A stretch of DNA of 64,000 nt from a virus. The translations under genes and the position numbers were made by a program. Below the pieces are notes generated by a model that saw only the letters and a list, made by a program, of their open reading frames with translations, did no database searches and was not told where the DNA came from. This document shows, in pieces, positions 24,101 through 29,837 of this stretch (positions within the stretch are counted from its first letter, which is position 1; every line of letters starts with the position of its first letter). The stretch covers positions 43,061-107,060 of the IMG/VR virus record IMGVR_UViG_3300025687_000026, one strand, 5' to 3'.

Positions 24101-26108
24101 GTCCTGTGCTAAGCAGAAGGTTAGAAGCAGGCACAGTCTTCTCGACCATAAGCATCGGAGCCGTCTTGTTCATACTGACTCCGGTGAAGTCGATAGCGTT
24201 GTAGTGAATCTCGACGAAAGGGGCCATCCCGTAGGACGACAAGTCCACTTCAAGGATGGCGACTCTGCTGGTGGCTGAAGGACGCAAGTGATGCTTTCGC
24301 ATGTTGGCGTCAACTTCACTCACCTTTTGAGGCACCGGCCCTTTGAGCACGAAAGGCATAGGGTCGAAGGTGGTGGACCCAGCACCACCAATCGCAATCA
24401 AGCGGCGTGAGGCACCGGTAAGGCCGTTGTCAACCGCTTCGTGAACGGTGCTGGTGGACACAACATTGACAATACGGGATTGAGCGATGTCACGGTAATA
24501 GTCAACACGACTGTTGATGGGGAATTGCTTCTCAATGCCTTTTGCGCCTTCGTCATAGAGGAGTTCAACGATGTCGGCGTTGCCCACTTGCTGGTCAAGA
24601 ATCTCTTCGTTGGCCCGAGGCATGTTGCGCAAGTAGTGGTGGCCGATGACATGGTTGAGCGTGTGCCGACCTGAGTGACCGATTTGGAAAGACTCGTTGA
24701 GGGTGCTGGGCCAAACAACGGCGAAGGGGTTGTTGGGGTCGTTGCTTGTCGTCGCCATACGACTGGAGAAGACAATGCCGTGCTGCTCCAAGTCACTCTC
24801 GTCAAGCACCATTTGACCCGTGCGGTCAATCAGTTGCGATGCGAGGTGAGGTGGTTGATAAGGACGACCCGTTCCATTGTCAAGGAGAAGGTCTGCAGCA
24901 ACCACCACGAAGTAGTTATCACCAGTTGCAGCGCTGCGAGTGTGTAATACAGGGCGTAGCCCATCTCCGTTGGTGGAACTGCCGAAGTCAAGATGGACGC
25001 TGCTGACGAGTATCGCTCCCGTATCGACATTGATACGGTGGAGTCGAACACGCTCAGGAGGAGACTGATTTGGTTTTTCACTCTCTCGTCGGATAGCCCC
25101 CGGATTGATGAGGAGATTGTAAGGAACATGGGGCACAGCGTGTGTTTGTTTGGTGCCCGGCGTGGTTTTGTAATCGACCACCGCATAGTTGCCGGAGGAG
25201 TAGGGCGACGAAGTGAAGTCAATAATTCCTGCTGTGACTGCGGTTCCCGTCAATTTACTCGCTAATAAAGCAGCATCGCTTGTGCTGATGTTGATAGCCG
25301 AAAGATTGCTGTCTGCTGAGATGGAGTTGATGGTAAAGGTGCCTTCGATGGGGTCAATCGGCTCCTCAAAGCGAAACAACGCCAGCGTATCTTCACCGAC
25401 CAATGCAGCGTTGCGAGTTACCATCTCGTTACTGAATACCGCTGAGATGTGGATGTTTTCAATGACGCCACGAAACTGACCTCCTGAGCCACCAATGTAG
25501 ACATGTTCGTCCGATTCAGGTAATGTGTAGTTGCCGGGAATGGCTTCACGAGCCATAAGTTCGCCGTTGATGTAGAGCACAGCCGCCCCGTTGGTGACAG
25601 CAGCGACGATATGAATGAGTGGTCGCTGATTGATGTTGAGGTTTGTCGCATCGTCCTTGGCGGCGTCGAAGCGGTTGTAGGAGTCCTCAAAGCCACCGTA
25701 GGTTGTGCTGGGGTAGACGGTGCCGTCGTAGCCCGTGGTGAGCGTCGTAGCGGTGCTGAGGATAACCTTGCGCACACCACCCTCACTGATGATGTTGACC
25801 TCAAACACGGCGGGGCCGGGCGTGTCAACGCTGCCGATGCTGAGTTGGAACTGCTTGTCCTTGGACAACACGACGCCGCCACAGTCAGGCGTGACCCACG
25901 CTTCAATAGCAATTTGACCGCCAAGAGCGTCGCTGATAGCGCTGGCTACCCGTGCACCTTGAGAAGAGGTGCTGATGATGTCCGAAGCGCTACGGTCGCC
26001 GTCAGCAGTGTCTCGGCCCAATTTACTGAAGACACCTTGCGGGATGATGACTCCGTCGCTCACGCCATCAAAGAAGAGGGCGTGGTTTGACTGGAGCATA
26101 ATCGGCAT
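9126..26108 (-). CDS. Giant tail-associated structural protein (5660 aa) with N-terminal LamG/concanavalin-A-like domain
   Basis: Uninterrupted 17-kb ORF. N-terminus ALFFDGVSDGV...IEAWV...HIVAAV...LYING...YIGG...FRGVIENIHIS is LamG-like. Lies between TMP and tail-fibre genes. Confidence 0.75.
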   Translation of the reverse strand: MPIMLQSNHALFFDGVSDGVIIPQGVFSKLGRDTADGDRSASDIISTSSQGARVASAISDALGGQIAIEAWVTPDCGGVVLSKDKQFQLSIGSVDTPGPAVFEVNIISEGGVRKVILSTATTLTTGYDGTVYPSTTYGGFEDSYNRFDAAKDDATNLNINQRPLIHIVAAVTNGAAVLYINGELMAREAIPGNYTLPESDEHVYIGGSGGQFRGVIENIHISAVFSNEMVTRNAALVGEDTLALFRFEEPIDPIEGTFTINSISADSNLSAINISTSDAALLASKLTGTAVTAGIIDFTSSPYSSGNYAVVDYKTTPGTKQTHAVPHVPYNLLINPGAIRRESEKPNQSPPERVRLHRINVDTGAILVSSVHLDFGSSTNGDGLRPVLHTRSAATGDNYFVVVAADLLLDNGTGRPYQPPHLASQLIDRTGQMVLDESDLEQHGIVFSSRMATTSNDPNNPFAVVWPSTLNESFQIGHSGRHTLNHVIGHHYLRNMPRANEEILDQQVGNADIVELLYDEGAKGIEKQFPINSRVDYYRDIAQSRIVNVVSTSTVHEAVDNGLTGASRRLIAIGGAGSTTFDPMPFVLKGPVPQKVSEVDANMRKHHLRPSATSRVAILEVDLSSYGMAPFVEIHYNAIDFTGVSMNKTAPMLMVEKTVPASNLLLSTGPDFYVIDAIEAALGSATIHAPGGILEVADAHEGGYAQASFSHALVGDNSEGYESDDELDERYTPQNYATVRDEPRRPPQNISASHTTKTAHESVFHHIIVEANAAEDFVPPVRSPGEEIASPSAGEFDIGIAASSGPVHEMFDIVDNHAVALPTIAQRIFVQPSDRRRTAQLRHIKTESSHGKDAHYATVMFLMTRARLRSVAEEESDDGGSRYTKVRCVGLNSAAVERSVDEIGSGSPDSHVVKEIDPNAPVVSVTLGGVGQGAYDTNPSFDPSALSRLPYNTRRGFSCFATSIRVDRNITAADRVQFIEVRALNNGSDDLKAWGTYPFPKRGRLYLKTGASAEYTSKNGVGFFFTDATVGSGRFVLPDGSEVANFYEWADASGLSAEAGAVASGSAGSFSLGEIILGDGNFYMENAASDGTTVNDRMFQSMDTVTHDYQLGTQFASTRALVEIPLFNEQFFENAAEGIFPGPDNSLKLHLDPTMTAHTWNPSPVGRRYPEVSPADRTAHAAYAYALSQSEHTRSASIQHRAEVVSGFYRLYVSNPDIFPAANINKVVGSEPDYFYVEEVQRHQRAFLPSGDWIIYENDPAADGYLEFEDEPWAYSENFLRLHEPGMMLLVGGFYQSESLVPLEGSPLSPSSAIERRSEYYHDSASVKTQGGNVDYGLRQYVSAVEFKAGPTTNPHAPRVFSGRARGSVLGVTPIMNGSTFTGLAVISLSEEDADLFPNISPTLDSNGNIVYETGDYHYGLETFSPDGTTRRFIYWGDASATFAALSGSPTSPEQFRNSILVEDIFNKGGALPNYLDRTQPEFILDQDALLTRRGFDLGYSIDRFSRALEDNLNISDTYRPPTGRHPWIIRATPTPTPVSITVTNPTHNGLLQANTTGLDVQVGDEVYVERYVIATGKTESVLYLGRVQLIDEGQAQAIPTTDTIITLDGSMLPDVLIDLQNIAADAALTAYLRVGCHNVMKNDDEAILNRSWLFPYAQGGLRHGDTVWANMTYNNPHAIEGLFAKSRGVFNEGLVWNEFNGGQGALSGEARDSLPLENFLIGNTCRETAINYAQHVNKTIEVNYAELGISNPPVVAYLDPMLNGDDHARVLLYDVAHDREFVAFQDLHMQVQTSAKVTEIGFQRHTTAQNIVDGSDQIDLGKYGIEYNGAGQHGYITQIDTAAGYPSQNKFVRNTTRSRFMESAYAHDLANHYAASVMKSPITGKVTALTPYYSSGANGSGYTAGTKATTTTGTGAGLTVTITVSGGAIATAVIASAGTGYQHNDVITVSGGTSGRFRVSVAPSGTSTHLTALDRITQYGKAHGHMVHTGYYTGGPFSERSIGDSIQPRTNDATVIPYWANEAHTYTRKVRSNLDRFIVALTLHREEKAGATTRDPSTLFDTPDGTRVVPAFLALRGIRSGALDLSSHDEQRLQHLKHWTEMDFTRRLTIDCGEVATRDGVTDIEAAAREVVRIINQAGAKNARTNLTNGETGSAFDPAVWWDSDKAFSTQDQGSHMGYFRAHLGRVVQDTKGREGFSVVIHSTVPGATGRNFAVWLDNARGQSAYQPEFLIGHGGRFRTFWCQPDELSGENMHPAPMPLNKHGRPFAPITSLRQYTLPDASSADVKSTGDFAQRGDESSDPVMRAMSMVTGSGQSFNTVNTESLEAEGYITNYTEGLRTGSQATGRVNFGGLVAAGIPGFAPDAGKWGFGRKGDKRFDKRYGDIQNTSGDTLPVTYTGHVPASQISHDAIGDSPLYGFQFIDHLGRRHGIRIVYRAINNNFTLDETQLPDTLEDEIVIYIDDRDVGQGGLTIGRHMRGLGDATGRFGANPSNATLIGWEGNRWNGVPSVNAAYDCKATYDSSAKTLTLEMTDPYNNCPHFDVLGYMGFPIEDGVIQVSDPFNAATAVGSWGHMFSYTSRTRNDNTGPHIFYGVEGTEFMTSHTFATASTVTVGAKRFGLNTTSIRALVSSCANWTTLVTDELLAAVVTTAINLPNPNIEEGVPFDCTEFFAADGRTLGQWGVAEDAIRIRAYNTARKVRPISDFFTATLHRDMAIQAAHVEHGDVQFVKMTKDGVTLPSSNNRAATDAQIDAGLRAECGYIPYTVVQVSTKGRGSNANTASPVLVDSSNEPVDTEVWEQNLNGQRFTAYSGDHILPMVNNPTLETDANDSYINSPKFPEVGLAAGSGKPWHFFRPAGNEGDTISSLAKVASFSSQSEVYFGNFSSALATTVNGGTASSGFTSLDHILIDEATLTGTPPDAKPSTDPTIQRYGALRAFRTAGVRVLGSLHSRSQVFFRGGRDSSDHWVPLFFGGGFSGVTIDVNDGSANDYSEKYTHPYANGPTGVAGIQHANETLSSFSLVDCNAIMAFFPGTALLNQHRGSINPPFFNQDSLLSPDIKGGTQTVHPDHPNPAPYTAGVAIQVPIPLVLRFAHPTARYNDHRDGVENKTTFLIFGPGQAFPFTQEEATPVNTYEPAPGRAITVGNTWSKVPAHTGSNTAFMPNHIMNDAGHYMPWTSTYQLNRGRFHWRQTINWEPAQGKPNVEILRQRPEAGRMYGEVFTSGATNLTVSNVHDYRMAHPNRHGVYMGFSMASSSDWCFHMDGGYHPGGSWMDNQITFNPPHPDDNSRVSKSAISGNELHPSAFRVAAPLATKILYGSSGAFVSETVTRDIIDMEYIAVDATRCQNGEELAALLGAAINTYPGGGALKAMGGTFLPSFSNAMKQDRYGWRELEGANIVDYAQGGGGIALNSSFITVDIGSNPDDGYNIPETGWIRTTNSFATTILGENSPAFAPYHSRIVLYVGGSYKVKFFLGQNRISGYGAFESVATWDNYLDGNPLTYPTLGSGVSGLKLYVWVKAGVHQWRNTTRVSGYGQVHFNGLVDAIDRTKPVGVAGWAGERYSYLNTLSGGLSGQYAAGLGAWHASLGFSPYGGSMGCASVLGHLPNITPMPNSPESAPPNNGSDGLATFPSNSNPDAPQDRYDMGTDSGSYTLAFTDSSDFNTPPIMENEPEMQKELTHMQGVFSRAMLVISHESELALVAKTDRDGQKSVGDWLRLVDAADVTKAGTVRWDDRIHGQDRFYAPAHAGPNVEALIHNATSRPTISDYTVTNALDGAPFDAEFSLHPPITAESDLENAEPCFTKTGDLFFDLDKSIGSHFSASAGAQRNVAANFYASASVQPSTLFGGTKQKNTFWVGDVNAYEMYARSPAKNFNIEHVVWKRMDGGSLSMPAVNARGLGAVPWVNRVSGGVGYTTGEKLLGNVRFSFETTNSAMLPVLQAQELAHPQLAEKHRIKLQNVLEIPNEHLQFEEMEVIDDTGQTHTLSGGSPLGVVIRAFRAAGERLASGLAPSVANTSTSPNLVVQLPDPESIPGNILVRSGFDRLQAYQNETMGDGGMIHPDLGASHLGHLFDNAISGPRYGPTMNEVGWEHIAEGSAFPDSTKNGWVETTGNRPLQSSYELHDRTLFFHVTKMGHSHTDRFPTVYTHSNGVETQSLTVSSYSSGVLTASATINSRVFDAAFASKEVSDNRRFLRLSSSGDSCVVSYTGISGDTFTGVVGDIDFTEFIAANPSATITPSYYIPAGSTRFFAARRLRDHAEVSGNSPDMAHTEYITGTALLAHTRYSKPQLTPMPMPRMGHHFVNATMPMLPGHWAHPAYQGLYGKHEAERRATLQDADLIRLLENVDPTTTTLPASVTDYLHPLNPQLRIGSLTATPSGPSDIHGGAFTLMFETKVRFDGYGVLASKGDAGDINKAGGHSIVLEAGANYTQDGHFPDPAEVGAYQIVIQPNLRKQQLTGFHHNNSDASALPDGTARELTGQQVHLVVGIKYDSERGTAIGAATLILSEATLADVRGCEIFVNEVILDHDPDHGSQFSNLPPMLLYNALGVQGSESPTFTRRSHPYHTSMFVDATPGYTLNIPWWSILHKNSPDDATATGFRHLALYRLDNYYEFCRASHGALGAQLTLGGYPSISPDIYSKVLANTSISPVATVQSTGVGYIQVDDASLFPEVPYYGQQLVYTDNDGVTQTLSYTKRTGLTYSSGTMNQPYRFITTALSLPSAGTVLRLSRPYSREVSTSLLTKSQGVLSLNLDQLRGGTRDTNSLYTPDAFVCAWHPNLGRPHTFYSDSSRTWGDATDDRAVDKAAYNSMPEHFETVHYHGVNYAASLGPFHLDFKTPEPPSQFSGTFQSAAGSPSTITMNADVSSDGASAGDYIFVEGKVLGKIAGGGISGVNIVLTTDILFTPAVGSKVYFGADGTAETAANIHIMSGYQAQGSNTVMLSHYWPSGSRGGPLVSRLDGYAAWSAAWNLPALYEAGGGKHWEDTGDAASYTASDGIGIASSLVSTRSYPFGYRFGLRQPWNRPQWGHYGMRAFTESSYSSSNLTLGYKPGPLVEYESQDWNYAGGAGLTPKTLPTTYVGVMERQTNFSGMLGPDKPEWQVRYSDGRRMTRSFGCPVRIIRNNADAPRDWWGDSQGLGIGTIEGAAGYYLVDWWGNTRGEDVRKAPVRGFGIRPAWDAGDAYEYDRTYGRSPYARLWNGGKPIVNFKGVVDPLTGKVLSSPTEVIPRFGGRLNDTNNNNAFVLVDVFAPTNAMRVGDMGGGRGVRYPTQFNEDVLTELSAVYEGSGVVLSHHTAEPTFGQGLLRPRDDVLQPDEVKRGISGRLEIAEDGLLKPEAAVSDRVESITGTSVHKEPISRSSPRIGIDADTLESFSTGINADMVAINSEAHSLHTDRGVGQRIVLQGGLQSGSQTLEDYDLTSLSFAAQPQGGVMRFSHTGNIKPMGGTYILESRSFVNPFDDTGWGRSGSGTTSNPYQTTTSTTTPHNLTDTTVRFMLRPVRLLDNQHIEVFRPVRAVASGTPQYGSTFYTATAGGKYGLFTYESTNASAGSYMRATVPDGNAPYQPVYLMESSSDTVPVSKGPKLPGSAMPTFDTGTLKSTVTRLLISENTLQHYRSDAPRRTGSGKDYSVKPRFSQSLHSKGHKADVTYNTSDHSGDAP

Positions 26109-26117
26109 CGTATCACC

Positions 26118-27353
26118 TCAAGCGAGCACATCAATAGGAGCGAAAACCATTTGGAAGGTGTAGACCTGTTCACCTGCTGAGTAGCCGACATCGAACTTCT
26201 GAATAGCGCCTTTGATGCCTGTGAACTTATCGTCCTTCAGAAACTCACCACCGGCGGGCTTGTTGTTGTTTTGCGACATCTTATCATTGACATTGAGGCC
26301 CAGCCCAGTAGGCACGAGGAAGTTGCGAGCAGCGTATTTTTGCCCGTCCGGTGCAGTAATCATCGAGTTGTAAGGGATTTGCAGACCAATGGGGTAGTCG
26401 CCGTCTGTAAAGAGGGAAAAGAGTCCGCCAGCAGCAGCAGAACTGCCTCCGACAATAGCAGCACCTGCTATGAGTCCCACACCACCCGTGGCGATGACTG
26501 CTCCTGCTGCAATCAAGCCACCAGCAACTGCTGCTGAGCCCGTTCGCTGCGTGTTGTGCAGAATACCGTAAAGGTCCTGCACTTTGTCACCTGCTGATTT
26601 CAGCGTAGTCGATGCGTCAAAGCCACCCGTGAACTGTGTGTGGTAAGGAATGAACTCAGCGGAGTTGTTGAAGAGGAGGCTCGTGGACCGGTTCATTGGC
26701 CCGCTGTTTATCTGCCTGATGATGAGGCGAGTGTTGCCCGCAGACGGGACCTTTTTGGAAGCCACTACACTTACCGTGAGATAACTGCTGAGCGCAGGCG
26801 CAGTGCTGATGGCCGTGGACACGGCAGTGGCCAGTTGAGGACCGGTGATGGAAGCCCCCGTGCTGGTGTCATAAACACGAATGTTAGTGCCGCTCACATA
26901 GCCCACTGAGCCCGAGGATGACTCGAATTGAATGATAGCAGCGCTTGTTGCACCTGAGGAGAGTTTGAGGTATAACTGCAGCGTCCCAAGTCCAGTTGCT
27001 AAGTTTTGATAGAAAGCAGGGTTGACTGCAGCGAGTGCTCCGTTGCTGAGGGTGAACTTACTCTCGAATGCAAAGTCAATCTCCGCTTGAGCAGCCGTAG
27101 CGGCTTTGGTCGCTCGGCTGAGGTCATCGTCCACGAACACGCCTTCAATGATAATAGTGGAGTTGACACGGTTGAGGTCGATGCCGTAACGACGACCGCC
27201 AGTAAAGGGAGCAGGCATGCCGCCGACTTTACGCTCTACGCTCAAGGCGATGGACTGAGCGCTGAGTTCCATACCACTACTGTAACCTGCAGCAGCCATG
27301 GCTGTCGGATTATCGAAGTGCAGACGGATGGGCGTGCCGTAGCCATCAGCCAT
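26118..27353 (-). CDS. Tail protein downstream of the tape measure (distal-tail-like), 411 aa
   Basis: Position; contains a Gly/Ala-rich hydrophobic stretch. Confidence 0.5.
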   Translation of the reverse strand: MADGYGTPIRLHFDNPTAMAAAGYSSGMELSAQSIALSVERKVGGMPAPFTGGRRYGIDLNRVNSTIIIEGVFVDDDLSRATKAATAAQAEIDFAFESKFTLSNGALAAVNPAFYQNLATGLGTLQLYLKLSSGATSAAIIQFESSSGSVGYVSGTNIRVYDTSTGASITGPQLATAVSTAISTAPALSSYLTVSVVASKKVPSAGNTRLIIRQINSGPMNRSTSLLFNNSAEFIPYHTQFTGGFDASTTLKSAGDKVQDLYGILHNTQRTGSAAVAGGLIAAGAVIATGGVGLIAGAAIVGGSSAAAGGLFSLFTDGDYPIGLQIPYNSMITAPDGQKYAARNFLVPTGLGLNVNDKMSQNNNKPAGGEFLKDDKFTGIKGAIQKFDVGYSAGEQVYTFQMVFAPIDVLA

Positions 27354-27355
27354 GC

Positions 27356-28693
27356 TCAGACCCTCCCTCGCATCGTCGTGCCGCCCAGTGCGCGGGAGAC
27401 TTCTTGCTGAATCATGTTACCCATCTGACGGGCCATCTCACGCTTGTCCGTGCGGTCAGTGATGCCGCTGGGATTGATGCTGATGTTGAAGGTGTTTCCA
27501 CCTCCACCTCCACCGTCCTTCATCTCTACAGGGATGGAGCGTCCGCCGGACAGGGGCACGACTGCCTCAGTGCCGTGGAGCATGACAGGGTAGCCGCCAG
27601 TAGGTCCGCTGGCTACGCCGCCCTCAGAGAAGCCAAGAAGGCCCGCTGCGCCGTCAACAGCACCGCCGATGAAGCCACCTACACCACTGGCTAACTTTCC
27701 GATACCTTCGACGATGGGTCCCAAAATACCCCAAATCGCATCAAGTGCAGGTGAGATGTAACTGTCGTATGCTGATTGCAGCCCGGTAGCAAAAGCGTCA
27801 AAGCCCGCTTTCGCAAGGTCAATGCCTGCGAGGATGCCGTCCCAAGCCAGTTTGAACGGAGCCAAAATAATGCCGAGAGCGGTCTTGATGGGGCTCATGA
27901 ACCTATCAAACGCTACGCCCATGGCCGCCATGATGACATCCCAGTTGTCTTGAATGAGAGCGAAGGAGTCGAATAGAGGGCTGAATACCGCCATAATTGG
28001 ATTTTTGACATAGGTTTCCCAAGCAACGCTGAGTGCAGTAGCCACTTCACCCCATCGCTCCTTGATGCTGGTAAATGCCGCCAACAACGGGTCAATGAAC
28101 GGCTGGAGAATCTTACCGAGACTGTTGTCCCATGCGGCTTTCAGGTTTTCCATAACGCCGTCCCAATTGCCTTTCGCCAGTTCCATACCGACTTTGAAGA
28201 GGTCGACGAAAGGCTGAATGATAGGCATGATAACCGCGTCCCAAACGGTCTTCAATCCTTCCATGACTCCGTCCCAGTCTCCTTTGACAAGCGCCATGCC
28301 CGCCGTAAAGAGGCCAGTAAAGACGCTGATGAGGGGGTCAACAACAGTGTTCCACACCACCTGTAAGGCCGCCATGAGAACCTCCCATGCTGCTTTAAGA
28401 AGGTCAAAAGCCGTGCCGAAGGTGGCTGAAAAGACAGCCCCTATAGCCTCAAGAGCAGGTTGAGCGAACGCCAGCAACTCATCAAACACAGGAGCGATGT
28501 TTTCGTTCCAAAAATCCTTGATGCCTTGAAACTTCTCTTGAACAAATGTCATAGCGCCGCCGATTGCGCCCATGATGGCTGAGCCTGCTCCTGCTACAAT
28601 TCCTCCAATGCTGCTCAAAATACCAGTTAGGCCTCCAGCGCTCGTAAGAGCACCGTTCAGCGCAACCGTCAAAGCAGCAAATGCAACCATCAA
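27356..28693 (-). CDS. Tail tape measure protein (445 aa)
   Basis: Amphipathic W/F-periodic helical repeats (KGxWDGVMExLKxxWD x2); C-terminal FSEGG...LHGTEAVVPL motif; follows the tail chaperones. Confidence 0.8.
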   Translation of the reverse strand: MMVAFAALTVALNGALTSAGGLTGILSSIGGIVAGAGSAIMGAIGGAMTFVQEKFQGIKDFWNENIAPVFDELLAFAQPALEAIGAVFSATFGTAFDLLKAAWEVLMAALQVVWNTVVDPLISVFTGLFTAGMALVKGDWDGVMEGLKTVWDAVIMPIIQPFVDLFKVGMELAKGNWDGVMENLKAAWDNSLGKILQPFIDPLLAAFTSIKERWGEVATALSVAWETYVKNPIMAVFSPLFDSFALIQDNWDVIMAAMGVAFDRFMSPIKTALGIILAPFKLAWDGILAGIDLAKAGFDAFATGLQSAYDSYISPALDAIWGILGPIVEGIGKLASGVGGFIGGAVDGAAGLLGFSEGGVASGPTGGYPVMLHGTEAVVPLSGGRSIPVEMKDGGGGGGNTFNISINPSGITDRTDKREMARQMGNMIQQEVSRALGGTTMRGRV

Positions 28694-28968
28694 AAGTCCT
28701 CCGTCTCAAGCCAAGCATAATCAAGAGACACCGTCTCCTGACCTCCGCTTTTTGCCTCTTGTCGCTGCCTCTTCATTTCCTTTTCCTCTTGACTTCTGCC
28801 GACAAGCGCCCAAACGAGAGATTGCTGGAAAGTTTCGGGCGTCATCTCATGCACTTCCTTCAGTGAAATACCGTAGTGCTTCGCCACGATATACCCCCAC
28901 AGTTCCATTTGCATCCCGACATCGTCGGGGGTGGCGACGGTCTTGCGACTGAGGAAAGCCTCAATCAC
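28690..28968 (-). CDS. Tail assembly chaperone, T-frame (C-terminal part of the G-T fusion)
   Basis: In the -1 frame relative to the upstream ORF and open back to the slippery site; immediately before TMP. Confidence 0.7.
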   Translation of the reverse strand: MIEAFLSRKTVATPDDVGMQMELWGYIVAKHYGISLKEVHEMTPETFQQSLVWALVGRSQEEKEMKRQRQEAKSGGQETVSLDYAWLETEDF

Positions 28969-29336
28969 TGAGCGTCGCCGCTCGTAAAATCCCCCTGCAA
29001 CATCTGCCCGACCTTTTCCGGGCTCGGCAACACGGAAGCAATTCGCTGACCGATGTCGCCTTTTAGGTTGAGAAGTTCCGCAACCGTGAGTTCAGGGTTG
29101 GTTCGCACAAGCCAGTGCGTGAAAGCATGTTTCCAGTAGGATTCGAGGTCAAGAGACATTTCATTGTTCTTACCTACAACAAGCATCTCCTGAGCAGCAC
29201 GCTGAACATCAAAGAAGGAGATGTCCCTGACCCACACTTCCATGACCACTTCGGGGTCATGAGGGTCTACAGGTATCTCGTGCTTCGTTTCATTCGTCTG
29301 TCTCAGTAGTTGGCTCTTGTTCGGTAATCTCGGCAT
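28965..29336 (-). CDS. Tail assembly chaperone (gpG-like), 123 aa
   Basis: Lies between tail tube and TMP; ends with a slippery site. Confidence 0.7.
   Translation of the reverse strand: MPRLPNKSQLLRQTNETKHEIPVDPHDPEVVMEVWVRDISFFDVQRAAQEMLVVGKNNEMSLDLESYWKHAFTHWLVRTNPELTVAELLNLKGDIGQRIASVLPSPEKVGQMLQGDFTSGDAQ
28986..28992 (-). other. Putative -1 programmed ribosomal frameshift site G_GAT_TTT
   Basis: Minus strand CAG GGG GAT TTT ACG; the -1 frame reads TAC GAG CGG CGA CGC TCA GTG into ORF 28690-28968. Confidence 0.65.
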
Positions 29337-29826
29337 TTATCTCCACCTCGGTCGCAGCCGCTTCATCAGCGGGGGCATCCACCTCTTCCTCGGCAGCCGC
29401 TTCTGCGGGGGCCTCCGGCGTCGGTGTGGACTCAGTAATGCCCTCATCGTCTCGCTTGAGACGGAGGGCCAGTTGGGCTTTGGTTCCCGAGACTGGTAGA
29501 CCACGGGAAGCACACTCCTCACGGAGTTCAGTAAGCGTCATAGCATCGTAAGAAAGGTCAGCGGGGAAGTCTTCGCTGTTTGGGATGTCTTCTACTCCAG
29601 CGCTTTCAACTGACTCTTCGACTGACTCTTCAACGACCTCGGCAGGTTCCTCGGAGGGTTTGTCGATGAGAGAGCGCAAAGCCTCCTCAATCAGTTCCCT
29701 TGAACGGTGAGTGCCCATAGGTCGAGCCTCAGCCTCGCTGAGTCCAAGGAGCCCACCGAACCACACAGCGTAGTCTTCGTGGCTTAGGCGTCGATACTTG
29801 CGAACAGATTCGGCTGGTGTAGGCAT
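29290..29826 (-). CDS. Acidic protein with SAP (helix-extension-helix) domain
   Basis: YDAMTLTELREECASRGLPVSGTKAQLALRL matches the SAP consensus. Confidence 0.75.
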   Translation of the reverse strand: MPTPAESVRKYRRLSHEDYAVWFGGLLGLSEAEARPMGTHRSRELIEEALRSLIDKPSEEPAEVVEESVEESVESAGVEDIPNSEDFPADLSYDAMTLTELREECASRGLPVSGTKAQLALRLKRDDEGITESTPTPEAPAEAAAEEEVDAPADEAAATEVEINAEITEQEPTTETDE

Positions 29827-29837
29827 ACTTAGTCACC

